A stretch of 64,000 nt of DNA from Octopus vulgaris (lineage: Eukaryota): positions 27,342,001-27,406,000 of the forward strand of contig OX597821.1 in assembly GCA_951406725.2 (NCBI GenBank), in the 5' to 3' direction. Made by a program: the position numbers and the translations under genes. Positions 10,872-25,074 of this stretch are shown here, one piece after another (position 1 is the stretch's first letter; the number at the start of each line of letters is the position of its first letter). The notes beneath the pieces were generated by a model. That model was given only the letters and a program-made list of their open reading frames with translations. It ran no database searches and was not told the DNA's origin.

Positions 10872-13834
10872 TTTATATATACATGCATACACACACATAT
10901 ATATATGTACATATAATTATACATATAAATATATTTATATACATATATATATACCCACATACATAGATACACCTATTTCACATACATATAAAGACGTACA
11001 CACGCTCAAATATATATATATATATACATATATACCCACATATATACATGCAAGGATGTGTGTTGGAGTCTATGTGTGTATATGTATTAATAATGATATA
11101 TATGATATATAATACATATATATATATACTTTAAAATTTTCATATGTACATATACATTTAGAAGCATATGTATTTGTGGATATACATGTATGCTTATATT
11201 TACGCATGTATATTTGTGTGTGTTTGTATAGAGACATACATGTGCTCTATGCGAATACATACATGTTTTAGTTTCTTCTATATGGTTATAGCTAATACAC
11301 GCATACTTAAATAGGTTGTATATACATTTGAGCGTGTGTGCGAGCATATATACGTGTTTATGTATGAGCATCAATTAAAGCTGAGTTTGTTTTCTTTTCT
11401 TTATATGTTTCTCACATATAAAAATAAATCGCTTCATTTTATTATTCTTCTTGTCGATTCGTTGATGTCTATTTTTAAAAATTGCTTGATGTAATTGGTG
11501 ATATAGATGCCTTGCTGTTTCTGTTGTTGTGGCTGTTATTCTAGCTGTTGATGTTGAATACAGCCGATATCAGTTTGTTATCGCTTTTTCTATTTTTTTC
11601 TGTACTTTTCTGTCCTTTTCATTTCTTTCTTCTTTTTGATTATTTTTTCATCTTCTGTATACAGCAATAATATTTTTGAGCTCGGAATTTCTTTTTTTGT
11701 TTTCAAAGGTCTTATCTCAGATTTCAGGCAATAACTGATAAAATACATGTCGATTTATCGATTTGAAATATAGCTACATGTTTAAAAGAATTAAGTTTAA
11801 TGTGTCTGTGCTATTAGTTTGACAGTTGGCTATCGTGTATGTGGTTTCTTTTATCTAGAATCAATGGCACGCTATTCAAATCTGACGATGCGCACTTTAG
11901 AATCTTCGAGAAAAAAAAAATGTAGAATTTAAAAAAAAAAGTGTTAGTTATTGTTGATTTTTTAAAAATAATTTCTATTTTTATTATTACTTTTCGAGCT
12001 TTCATCCCACAACCATCGAGTCAAATATATTTTTCGAAAAATATGAACAACACGGGATATTGCATTGCCTTCACAGTTGATGCTGTTTATTTATACATAT
12101 TTTTTTGTTTTGTTTGGTTGTTTGCAATGTGCTTTCGTAATTCTACCTTTGTATATATATATATATATGTGTGTATGTGTACATACGAGCATGCATACAT
12201 ACTTACATATACATATACACATATATATATACACATATATACATATACATATATATATGTATATACATATATATATATACATATGTACATATATACATAT
12301 ATATGCATATACATATATATATATATGTATATACATTTATATATATATACACACACATATGTATATATACACTCGTATTTATATACATATATACATATAT
12401 ATATATACATATATATATGCACATATGTACATATACATATATATGTATATACATATATATACATATACATATACATGCGTGTATATGCGTGTGTTTGGTT
12501 TTGCTTCTTAGTGAGTATTTTGTTATTGATGACACTACTTTCGTACCTACTCTTTAAATGTTTTATTTAATTATTTTGTGTTACATTTTGTTTTCCTCTT
12601 TTCTATATTGCCATAGTTATTGTTTTTCTTTTGTTTCGTTCTTATTTTAAACATGATGATGGCAATAGTAATAGTTAAGTAGATTCAATCAGTCACACAG
12701 CAGGAACAAAAAGAAAACAAATCACTAACACACACAAACGCACATATATTCATGATCCTACACGCAGGCAAACACACACACAGACGCAATCTCATGCATA
12801 CGTTGTTTTTTTTTTTTCATAAATATTTATTTCTAATTGTTGTTTGTTTATATTTTAACTATACTTACCATCATTAGCCTGTCTTACTTCTGTCAATCAT
12901 ATTCTGTGTGTGCGCGCATTCTAAAGAGGCTCTGATCTGTATACAAAAGCATTAACATATTTTTTTATCATACAAAGTTTGTGACTATTGCACATTACGA
13001 ACAACTTGCGAAAAAAACCCTCTTATTTCCGTGTTTGGTAATTTTTTTTAGTTCCCCATATATAAGCAGTTTGGTTTTTGACTTATTGACAAAAATATAC
13101 ATACATACAGAAAGAGAGAGAGAGAAGAGAGAGAGAGAAGAGAGAAAGAGAGAGAGAGAGAGAGTGTGACAAACAGACAGTCAGTCAGACAGCTATACAT
13201 ACAATCATTCATACATACATATATACATACATGCATACATACAGAGAGGCATACATGCATATAAATATACTCACATACATATATTCATACATGTATAAAT
13301 GCAGACAGGCCTACATGTATATTTACATACTCACTTACATAGATAAATATATACATATATGCATACATACATATACAAGAAGCTCCATAGAAATGTCGAT
13401 ATCGACAGGCTCTAACGAAGAGGAGATAAAGGAATTAGAGGTTTGGGATCGTTGCTGACAGCCTTGCAATGCAGTATAGACTCTCTTAAACAGAAGTTTG
13501 TAAAAAAAAATCAGCGAAAATAAATACATCAATTTTGCACTCAAAAGTAAAGAAAACAATATCCTATATGTCAGCAGCGTCCTCTCATGGAAACACTCTC
13601 TTCCTGATGACCTGATGATGTTCTTCAAAATCCGGCCAGGCTTACCTCAAAGAAGGCCTGGATGTAAAACGCTCATAATGACAAAGCAAAATCCGTGTCC
13701 GAAGACTTGAAGAAGAGAGCATTTTTCACTTGAAGCGAATACACTTTTGGGGTCATGATAGCTATTGAACATCACACATCGAAGTTTATGCATTTGCAAT
13801 CCAAGAGCAATGCTTTTAAATGATTTATAAACCT

Positions 13835-14140
13835 ACTGGCACTACGTCAGTTACGATGAGGTTTCCAGTTGAGGTGATCAACGGAACAGCCTGCTCATGC
13901 AGTTAACGCGCAAGTCGATGAACACTCCACAGACACGTGTAACCTTAACGAAGTTCTTATGGAGATACAGCATGTCAAAGAATGACAAGGGTAAGCATTT
14001 GAAATACATGTACGACTTGTTTTTGTCAGCTGATTGAAATTCAGTGTCGTGCTGAAAGATACAAAGCGTCGCTTGGAATTGAACTCACGACCCTACGATC
14101 ATAAGCCTAACACCTTAACCACTCAGCCAGGCATCGTCAC
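13835..14140 (-). mobile_element. Diverged tRNA-derived SINE
   Basis: Head tggctgagtggttaagg...gagttcaattcc; tail catgagcaggctgttccgttgat shared with 35186-35571. Confidence 0.7.
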
Positions 14141-14169
14141 TAAATGTCTAATAAACAAAAAGAGAAACC

Positions 14170-15985
14170 GATATTGAATTTCAAATAGGGGACATCAGGG
14201 CGAAAGAGGTGAATAATTTCGTGAGAAAAGCTAGAGCAAAGTGTACCCCAGGAGGTGATGACGTCTGGTATAAAGTATTCATATATTGCAATTGTCTGCG
14301 AAAGAAGCTCTTTGTCCTACTCCGACACCTGTAGCGCGAAGAGACTGTAGTATAGGAGTGGTGTGAGGTAGAAGGCATATACCTGCCAGGAGGAAGCCAA
14401 TGCAAAGACTATAAAACAGTTTAGGCCGATATCCTTATTGAAGGCAACTTATTTATGGGAATTCTCTCGAGGAGAACATTGACATATTTATAGAGTAATA
14501 GATATGTCGATGAATTTGTTCAAAAGGCCGGAATCCCTGCGATCCCTGGAGGCGTTGAACACTGTTTAATGTCTGTTTTTGATTTGAAAAGCGATCCAAG
14601 GTGCCAAAAAGCTTGTCCTAGCTAATGCCACACAAATTACTGATGGGAGCCATGGCCCACTTCCATATTTCAGACAAAGTAAATAAAATAATGAGAATAT
14701 ATTATGACAGTTTCGAGATGAGGTTTACAACTAGAGATTTTACAACAAAGTCGCACCGATTGGTGATTGGCATTGCTGCTGGCTGCAGAATATCTGTCAA
14801 GAGGTTTATCTTAGTTATTTAGATGGTTTTGAAAGCTGTGGATTTTTCGGAAGAAATCGCCTATGTACAATCGTCTAAGAAACCTTCATGGATTACGTGA
14901 CACTTCTATCAACAGAGAAGCAAATCATGCAGAGAGCCTTCTTGAGACTCGACGAGCTTGTGAGGTGGTCAAGGATGCAGTTTAGAGCAATAAAGTCATG
15001 TAGTCTGCCATTTGTTAAGGGAGTGCAGAAAGAAGTTAAATTTCGAAGAGCTGAAGAAAGCATTCCAATAGTCAAAGAAGAAAACGTCAAGAGCTTGGGG
15101 CGGGTATATACCTGAACATTTTCAGATAAGCGGCGCAGAATAGAAACTATGAAACACGCCGAGGTCGGATTATCAGCGATTGATAACTCAAAGTTACCAG
15201 ATAAATATAAAATTTGGAGTTTACAGTCAAACTTATCCGCGACTTTCGTGGCCACTTTTAATATAAGAGGTAGTATTCTCACGAGTTCAAATCATTGAAC
15301 AAATCTAGTAAGATGGAACATCTCAGAGAATGATATACGCAAATGCGGAAAGGTTGGAACACAGAAACATACTCTTTCCAAATGTTCACTAGCATTGAAC
15401 AGGTATACATGAAGACACAACCTGCTCCTTAGGGTTATCTTCAACGCTATAAAGAACCGAATTGATCTCAACAAAAGTGAAATAACCCGTTGAAAGTATC
15501 AACTAGAGGCTTTTATTACCTTCGTGCGCTCAGGACAGTGGATCCGTTTCAAGAAGAACAACAAACTTCCTGTGCACAATGAAAAGTGGAACGGCTATTG
15601 GTGGGGTGACTGCAGATTTACCAGGGTACAGGGACACTTTCCCATCACAGTTACGAAAAAAACGGACATTTTAATGTGGTGTGAAAGAAAGAAAGTTGTG
15701 AATTTAATCAAGTTAACAGTTCCTCATGAAGACATCATGGACGCCACTCGGGCTCGAATGTTTGACCGTAATGTAAATCTCCTCGAAGAATGTGAAGACG
15801 CAGGTCGGAAGGTGGAGCATTTTCTAATCGAAGTAGGATGTAGAGGGTTGGATACAGTGTGAGATGACTTGCTATCGTTAGGCCTAACTCATCGTAAAGC
15901 AAATACCACTATCACCGATATCCAAGCTGCAGTAGGAAAGGCTATCCACTGGATGTGGTTAAGAAGGGACGATGAACGATGACTA
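14170..15985 (+). mobile_element. Decayed non-LTR retrotransposon with RT and restriction-like endonuclease (HERO-like)
   Basis: Fragments VQKAGIP..PGGVEHC, GIAAGCRISV..FIL, FMDYVTL (YxDD position), WRHN, TDILMWCERKKVVNLIKLTVPHE...IEVGCRG; large internal deletion and many stops. Confidence 0.85.
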
Positions 15986-16444
15986 GAAGAATATTGAACA
16001 TTATTTAATAACCAGTTGATCTAGCAAGCGGGGACTCTTGTTAGTGAGGGGTGCCGGTGCACATTTATGCTGTCGACAGGTAAGCCACGAAACGGAGCGC
16101 ATTCTCTCCTGATGACCGCATGCACTAGCTGGCTTCCGTTGTGCGGAGCCCTCGATTGCGTGTGCAAGTTGTTTGCAAATCATATATGGTACTGTTTTCT
16201 TTATCTATATTCCAACGATGGAGATTTATATCTTTGTTTGAAAGCATCTATTTCAACAGAGAGAGAATTTAAATGATTAGAGAAGAAACAAATATACGTA
16301 AATACATACATACATATATACATACATACACACATACATAAATACGTAGAAAGGATGTAATGAAATTGCGCATCTTGAATGGGAAATGAGAGTATTTATA
16401 CATATATATATATATACATACATTCATACATACATACATATATG

Positions 16445-16504
<60 letters not shown>

Positions 16505-16510
16505 CACACA

Positions 16511-16553
<43 letters not shown>

Positions 16554-16648
16554 GATTTTCTTAAGTCATTCCACGGGAACGCTTGTAAACTTTAAGTTTA
16601 TAAAATATAAATACACAGATATATACATATATATGTATATATTTACAT

Positions 16649-16733
<85 letters not shown>

Positions 16734-17225
16734 AATGTATATATATCTATATGTATCTATCTATATATACATACATACATATATATACATATTATAGGAG
16801 AAGCTTTTAGCCTATTGTGTACGTCGCAGAATCTTAGAAAAGCGAAATATAAGCATCCTTAATGCACTTGTCCATTATTCCTCAATATACATGCTGTGAT
16901 GTAATTTAATGTGAAACACCAGAAGCTCATAACCGATTCTGGCATGAGTGACTTCGACATATATTACGTTATGCATACGACAAAATTTATATCCAGGCCT
17001 CGTCTTTAAAGGAAATTGGAAATAAATTTGATGATACCTAGGCAAGTTTTCCTCTCTGTTAAACCTTATTGCTGTTAGATAGCTGGTATCGTTAGAAGAT
17101 TTAAGATAATCTGAAAGTGAGAAACAAGAGAAAAGTAAAAAGAAGAAATGTTGGGGTACTTAAACTTGAAATAACTTTAGTTTTATAGTGTTGCTACATG
17201 TATGGCTTCCCTTACATGCATGTAC

Positions 17226-17335
<110 letters not shown>

Positions 17336-17353
17336 ATATGTATATATGCATGC

Positions 17354-17389
<36 letters not shown>

Positions 17390-17535
17390 ATATATACATA
17401 TATACATACATATATATATATTATCATGTGTGTGTTGGGCGTCCGTATGGATGTGTATATAAGTATATATATGTGTGTGTTTGTGTGTATACGAAGATAT
17501 ATGAGAGATCGTGTGTTTATATTTGCATATGCACA

Positions 17536-17574
<39 letters not shown>

Positions 17575-19070
17575 CCTATGTAAATATAGTTACAAGTTTA
17601 TATATACGCTTATACGTATGTTGTTGCAAGGGAGATAGATAAACTTCCTTCTCTTGTCTTCGTTCACATTTCATCCAGTGGAGCCTCTGCTATGAGAGAA
17701 GTAGCGAGAGCCCTGAGCTATATTTAATTTGGCCCTCGTTTTTAGCTTAGTAAATTGGATAAACATGGAAATGAGGTGGTTTCCTGAAAAACATAAAACG
17801 GTGCAATGTCTTCATTTCTAGGCCACGAATACATAGACACATATGTGTTTTTGTGTTTGGAAGTGGATATATTTATTAAAAAGTTAACGTTTTATATTTC
17901 AATTCATCTATTGAAATTTGTCTAATGGACACTGTTAGTGTTCCTGCAAAAATTACGAAGTACTCCGGGTTGAAAAGGAAATCGAGAGAGAAACTAATGG
18001 CGAAAGAATAAATCTCTGATACATCATATATTATTTATAAATGCAGTTATACACATAAGTCTCTTTCGAGACAATATCGTGTTTATACGGACACTCCTAC
18101 TATCAGCCTGCATCGGGAGGTTCGTATTTCCTCTAACCAGTGAACACAAGACATTAGGCCCGGATACAAAAGTGGCTGATGCGTATATATGTAACGTACT
18201 GAGTAGCCACTTTATTATCAGGGTGTAGTATTATTATATTATTGACAAGGTATACATCAGAAATGCCTCAAATTTGGGAGAAATTTATTATGGTATTATT
18301 TTCTATGCGGTCAGTTGCCTCATATGAACTTGGAAGTGTGCATGTGTGCATATCTATATGACATGAATTATTAAAAGTTCTCAACAAGTAAAGAACGAAA
18401 TGTGTAATGCTCTTACTCGGTGCATAATGTTACCTTTTCCTGTGGTGAAAATCTGTAATTATATAGTAGTCGCATACAATGAAAGCATAGATTTTGTGAA
18501 AGGGAATCTCTTGAATATGTTGATTGTAAATTTTAGATTATTTCAAATTGTTTGTGACATATTTGACTTGTGAAAAGGCCATCTTCAATTGGGTTTACCG
18601 TGGAGAACACTAGCGTTGACAAAACACAAACGGTCATATCAGAGCATCCTACTGGGAAACGATGAATGCATTCCGAACACTTTAGCTTTCCTCAGTGCAG
18701 AGTACTTAGCGAGAGAAATTTGAAATGTCTGGAAATCATCGCTTTCTTGTAGACAATGAGTTAAAAATATCTACTGATCGTGTACAACGTCTGCCAAACA
18801 TGAATAACATGTATAGTAGGCAGGCAAGGCAGCCATCGAATTAAGTTTCAGAGATCTTTGACCTGCAAAAAGCCAATTTCCCTGCCGCGAAGACTATTTG
18901 CGCTTTAGCTCACAGGTGACAGAACAACTTTTTACAGGTCGAAGTATGTTTCAAACGTATTTGATCTGATATAAAACTGTGTTTGTGCCATAAAAATGCA
19001 TCGTGAGCCTACTATATACATTATGAGGACAGAAACATGATATTTAAAATAAAACTTGATATACCAAGGC

Positions 19071-19112
<42 letters not shown>

Positions 19113-19166
19113 ATGTGTGTATATGTGTGTATGTGTGTGTGTGTGCGTACCTATATACATATATAT

Positions 19167-19209
<43 letters not shown>

Positions 19210-19449
19210 TATATTTATACATATACTCATATAGCTTCTACTACATGCACTGTGACTAAGGGTTGTCAGTTTCTGTACATATTGCTGTATTTCACATGTC
19301 TGCCAACTTGAAGCTATGTAACTCGCTTGGTATTTCGTTTTTTCTGTTTTATATTACACATACGGCATTATACGATTTTACTTATACTGGGTGTTTGAGG
19401 TGCTTTGATAGTTTGTATAAAAGGAAGGGAATTCACAATATCGTATCCA

Positions 19450-20335
19450 AAAGCATCATATCTAGAAATATTTTGTTACTCAAAATCGCCACACTCTGTC
19501 TCCTAACTCCTAAAATGCAGCTCCGAAATCTGGCTGTTCGATCTTAACTTTGTCATCCGGAAAGTCTTAGAACAGTTCCTTGAACTTCAATACCAATTTG
19601 GCTTTGGTGTCTTAGATAGATCTGTCGGTGTCTTCTCAACCGCTTCCCACATCTATGAGATTACAACTGAGGAGTTTGGGTGGACAAGAATTGGGGCTGG
19701 CGAAGTCGTTGAAATACTCCGACAAGTACTTCTGCCTCCTTCCAGAGTTATGGTACTGCACCGTATCCTTCTTTGACGCATATGGCTTTTCAGAATCATT
19801 CCTATCCAACCTGGGTTTCACTAGACTCTTCAGCAGCTTAATATAGCTGTATAGACACTATGGTTCTGTTCAAATGTGTAAGCAGTTCCTCATTCTGGAC
19901 TGCTTAATGGCAGTAACTACAACACACATCACTCTCACCAAAACCTAAATTCTCTTGCTCACCTTATCCTGCACATGTTCGATGAACTCCGGCGTGCAGA
20001 CGCAGTCGGCATAGCGGGTGAGTCCCTCCCTTCTGACCACGGCTTCGGTATTTGCATTGCAACCATCCATGTCAAGTCTTACACCGTCTACGTTATTCAC
20101 AGAGGGTTGAGATTGCTATCGTTTTGTCTGCATTTTGACATCCGGCGTAAATCATTACGATGCATTTAACTCTTTCCCAGTATTCAGATGACATTCGTGC
20201 GCCATGTCATGTTACTCTTTCTCCCATACAACTTCAATTGTTTTGCACCCAAACGCCGTTGAGAGTGCACCAATTTACGAAGCTGTTTCTGATAAAAGGA
20301 TCATTATCCAGATTATCCTCTTGGGCATTCTAAAA
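19450..20335 (-). pseudogene. Decayed Tc1/mariner transposase (DD37D/maT-like)
   Basis: Minus-strand QKYLSEYFNDFASPNSCPPKLLSCNLID and TKAKLVLKFKELF resemble the W-P-P-N-S-P-D-x-N-P-x-D catalytic region; heavily frameshifted. Confidence 0.6.
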
Positions 20336-20552
20336 TATATATTTATTACGTAAATTACGTTCCTAATATGATGACATGTTTACACATTTTCCACAGAACT
20401 AATGAAAATCTATTTAATATAATTCTAGCCAAATACGATACCAAGTCGGAACATTACATCGTTTAATACTAGAGAATAAATATTTTTATTGCAAACTATA
20501 TACATTTTCCAAGAGAGATAGACAGGGTCCTCTCCATTACAGTATATTGCTG

Positions 20553-21190
20553 GCTAGAGCGGACTCTGACTATCTCACTGGCAACCAGGTACTCATGACT
20601 GAATATGAATCAGACGGCTTGAAACTGAATTGGTCTCGTGATTCTGTTGTCTGGTAGGAGATGGTAGGGGTTTGCTCCCCCCTGCTAGCAATATATGTGT
20701 ATACTCAGGGTGCAGCACCGCACCGATAACCACCTGGGAGAAGATCGACCTGGGGTTAAACAAGTAGTAATCTGAACAGCCATTTTCTTGTGGTGATTAA
20801 TTTTAGCTGTTAATATAGTTACTAATCTGATCTCTCCTTGAGATTTTACAACTAGCTACTTTACTTGTAGCAAATCAGTGAACATTGTTCGCTTTATTTA
20901 CGATATATTGATGTCTAGAGCGCCACCTGGCTATCTCTCTGGAGACCAGGTACTTGCGGCTGGAGATGCGCCAACCATCTCGAAAGTGAATCAGTCGCGC
21001 GATCCTTTTGTCTGCTAGAGGATGCTAGGGGTTCGCTCTCCCTGCTAACAATATATATTTATGATATCCAGTTGGGTTAAACAGGTACTAACATGGAGCA
21101 GCCACTTTAATGTGGCGATAAACTCTAATTGATAGCATAGTTACTATTCTGATCTATTGAAGTTTTACACGTAACTACATTGCTTGTCTA
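20553..21190 (+). repeat. Diverged ~361-bp tandem dimer, each unit with a degenerate hammerhead motif
   Basis: 20553-20870 aligns with 20915-21190; HHR-like motifs at 20593-20641 and 20954-21002. Confidence 0.75.
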
Positions 21191-22682
21191 ACCATAATTT
21201 TCCTAAAAAGTTTTCGATACCTTAGGTGAAGGTAACTCCAACTGTTAAATGGATTGCAGCTTTATGATAATACCTAGTAACAATATTGAATATAATACAG
21301 CTAATAATCCTTGAGTGACACATAATTCTGAGAATGGAGTGAGTACTAATTCTTTTAACCATGAGTGAATAGACGCCTTTGTAATTTTAAAAACAAGGTT
21401 ATGTGTCCTTAGAAAATCAGTGGTGAAGTATTTAGTAGGCCAAGGTAACGTATTGGAGGGAATCGTACGTGTTATTACATAAATTCTTCAGCAACAATTG
21501 TAAGTCTAGATTACATAACTTTTACTTTACATTTAAGTTGAGAAGAAAATGTAATTCTCAGAATCTTCGTAAATGCATTCGGGATTTGAAGAACATTAAT
21601 TACGATATAGAAGAATTCATTATTAGTTACGCGCCATCGTACAAAACTAGAGGAAAGGTAGCATATAATTGCTTCAGAATTTGAAGTATTAATTTGTATA
21701 AACAGTCTTACGTTGAATTGTTCCCATAAATATAGAAAACATTTTAATATTTCAATAATGAATTACAGCTTATAGTTTCTTTTCCTCTGACATATTAAGT
21801 TAATTTTTTCCTTAATTTATTTAGCATATGACAATAGCTAAAGTGTCTATTTTTATTCTTTTCATATCTACTGATGTCATCATAAAGTTTACAAACTAAA
21901 TTGGCCTTTCTTGGAATATTACGTTCCTTCTTAATCTCTCTTTTTGTATTTCCAGCATGTATTGGAGATATTATCTCGGTTTATTTTAGTTCGTTTTAGA
22001 TAACAATGATAACATTCTATTAGCGCAATTGTTCGTTTGTTTGCATTTGGCTGGCATTTCGTACCTTTTTTTCTTTCTCAAAATACGCCAGCACAATAGG
22101 AATTACTTTCGGTGATGTATGCTATCATCTATTAAAGATTTGATTTTGTCCATGTTTATTCAGGTTGTCACACACTCCGGATTTCTAGAAAATCTTTTAA
22201 GAGATAATTCGATCTACCTGTTGTCATTTATGAGGAATTAACTTGATTGTCAATTTTATCTTAATTTACTGATATATGATTGCTTGCTATAGTTCACCAA
22301 GTTCGCTTAACTTTGAGTACTTTCGAGATATTTACATGGATTTATAAATACATACATACATACCTCCATACAGACATATATACATACATACGTACATACA
22401 TACATATATATATATATTTAATTTTATTTGTTAGGGAATAAAAAATTCGGCATAACAGGGGTTCAAATTATTCTCAATGAGATAATACATATTTTCATTT
22501 AGAGAAGGTAGGCCCCTTCATCATATTAGCAATGGTTCCAGCAAAACACGGCGTGGTTAAGGGACCGGGAAATGTACCTCAAGAAACACGTGTAGCCAAG
22601 TTATAAAGTAGTAAGTATTTAAATTTGAGTTCTTTTAAATGGTGAGATGTAGGAGCCTTCTATCTCTAAATGAATATATATA

Positions 22683-22739
<57 letters not shown>

Positions 22740-23068
22740 GCATATATTTCTGTGTGTGTGTGAGCTTCGCTTGGAGATCACACCGGCGTGAAACCCGACT
22801 TGTGAGTGTTAAAGAAGTAAATTATATCAGTGCGTACGCCCGTGTGCGCATGTGTGTGCACGCGTGAATGTGTGTGTGTGTGTATACACAGGTAGAGTCG
22901 TTGTCTTACGACTTTTAGATTCACATTTACGTGCTCGGAATCTGCAGGCAAATTATAACAGGCAAATGACAAGATTTGCATTTACGCACACAGGAACACG
23001 TACGCACACGCACACACACGCGCACGCGCGCATACATACGTACACACACCTACACTCAGACACACACT

Positions 23069-23109
<41 letters not shown>

Positions 23110-24550
23110 ATACACACACTCACACGCACGCATATATGTATACAATCCTTTTCATCGGAGATGTAGAAAAAATACGACACATGAACCACGTTACTATCTA
23201 GTTCTATTTTTTAAATTCCCTTAACCCAGTAGCCCTGCTGCTATTCGTTTTAATTGTCGTATTATCACATTTTACCATTTACTTCTTCATTCATTCACTT
23301 CTTCCCGTAAAAGCTATTGATTCCAAACTTTGTTATCTGCTATTCTTCTATTAAAGTTTTCGTATTGATCCATTGCAGTTTGACCGTTCCAATACACACT
23401 ACTTCATGCTCTCCTACTCATTTCCTCTACCTCGTCATTGTCTGTTCTTACTCCCACTCTCTCTTTTTTCTCTTTCGTTTCTTTTACTCACCTTTATTTT
23501 TACCATTACTGTTATTTTCTTTCTATTATTAACCCTTCTTTTTTTCCATCTCCTTATCTTCTGTGTTTCTTCTTTGCTTTTTTATCATACTTTCCATCAC
23601 CATACCCTTTGAGAAGAAAATTACTTATAAATGTGCGAAACCCACCATCTTACCACCTTAACGTTCCCCAAATTACTCTACCCCGACAGGTGAAACTCAG
23701 AGCAGTATGAGATATGTTCATCCATAAGAGAATATATTAACCCCTATCTACGATAATTTTTGTAGGTTCAAGCCTGCCTTTATATTTTGCAAGCAAACAC
23801 ACCAAAGCTTTAACTCTTCCGTTGGGTATTTAGTTCAGCACACATTTGTAAATTTAATATATTTATGAATATTAGAGCTCATGATATCCTGCTGATTGGA
23901 GCTCCTGGATTTCAGCAAGAAATAAATCTGTATTATACGCCTCTGAATTAGATTACTATGTGGTCTGCTAGTCGTATTCACCAGAGGAGTTTTCTCTGAT
24001 ATCCACAAGATTACGGGAATCTATTTTTGACCTAGAATAAATGAACATTAATTCAGGCAGGTATTTCCTTTGATATGATTGTTCCGTGTAGTACGAATTC
24101 TGATTCAAATGAAGACAATCCTGCACTGCATTTTTTATGGTGATTCCCCTACAGGTGCATGAAGCGAAGTAAACATTCCAGTACCACTTATATATTCCTC
24201 AAATATCACATTTGTTGGGGATCTATATACGATTAGGGCAAAAGACAGTATCCATATTAATGAAATGTGATAAGCCCATATTTCTAGCTACATTTGAATT
24301 CAGAATGATCTGAGATAGCGAATGACTATGACCTTATTTATAGTAAGAGAAACCTTATTTAAGTCACGATGAATAGGTATTATCTACCGAAAATGGGAAA
24401 AATACATTTAAATGGGAGATTCAACCACCTCCCCACCGAAAAATAAAGCAAAATCTAATGTTGCTGTTATAGGGCTCTGCTTCTTATAATATATACCCAT
24501 GTAGAATAATAATGATAATATTAATAATAATAATTGTTATTATATATATA

Positions 24551-24610
<60 letters not shown>

Positions 24611-24733
24611 TATACATATTTAGATTCAAATGAATATGGTACTTAATTTAGATGCACCAGAATTCTGTATGGTGTTATCCATAAAAATCCGGGGGTCATT
24701 ATTATCAAAATAAGCAACAAGAATTATTCCGGT

Positions 24734-24825
24734 AATTTGGTACGATCGTTTCGTACTATATCATTTTATTAAATGTTGTAAGTATTACAACATTTTTTTA
24801 AATGCTGAGCACTCATCAGCCAATT
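24734..24825 (-). ncRNA. Type I hammerhead ribozyme motif with extended stem II
   Basis: Minus strand ttgg CTGATGA gtgct...agtac GAAA cgatc GTA ccaa; palindromic helix III ACGATCGT; 11-bp inner hairpin aaatgttgtaa/ttacaacattt. Confidence 0.85.
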
Positions 24826-24849
24826 ATAGAGGTTATGCATATATATATG

Positions 24850-25007
24850 TATATATAGTTAGAATTTACAGGAAAACAAAAGGCGAAGACGAGTGTGTAA
24901 AGAACGAACAGAAGTCTTTTACGCTTCGAGCCTACGCTCTTCGACAGAAAGGAACACAGAAATAATCAGGGAGAGAAAATTTTTGAAAGGCTTAGTATCT
25001 AACGATC
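24850..25007 (-). repeat. PLE pseudo-LTR-like repeat with mutated HHR-like motif
   Basis: Minus strand cttt CTGTCGA agagcgtaggctc GAAG cGTA aaagac; same family as 3636-3843. Confidence 0.65.
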
Positions 25008-25065
25008 TGATTGATTGATTGATTGATTCTAGTTTCAGCTTATGAGCTGTGGCCATGCTGGGGCA
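25008..25065 (-). mobile_element. Extremely 5'-truncated LINE 3' tail with (ATCA)n
   Basis: tgccccagcatggccacagctcataagctgaaac matches the LINE end at 26825-26860. Confidence 0.65.
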
Positions 25066-25074
25066 TAAATGAAA

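Noticed and set aside
13604-13670. Two CTGATGA words followed by hairpin ccaggctt/aaggcctgg
   Set aside because: No properly placed GAAA-NUH or stem I.
18150-19020. Possible very old Tc1-like remnant with small inverted repeat aaagtggct/agccacttt
   Set aside because: No unambiguous transposase motif could be read.
22550-22600. GAAACACGTGTA palindromic helix III-like word
   Set aside because: The upstream CUGANGA half is not recognisable; at most a heavily decayed copy.
23900-24260. Possible APE endonuclease remnant on the minus strand (LIVYRSP, HIKGNT)
   Set aside because: Too short and degenerate to support without a search.
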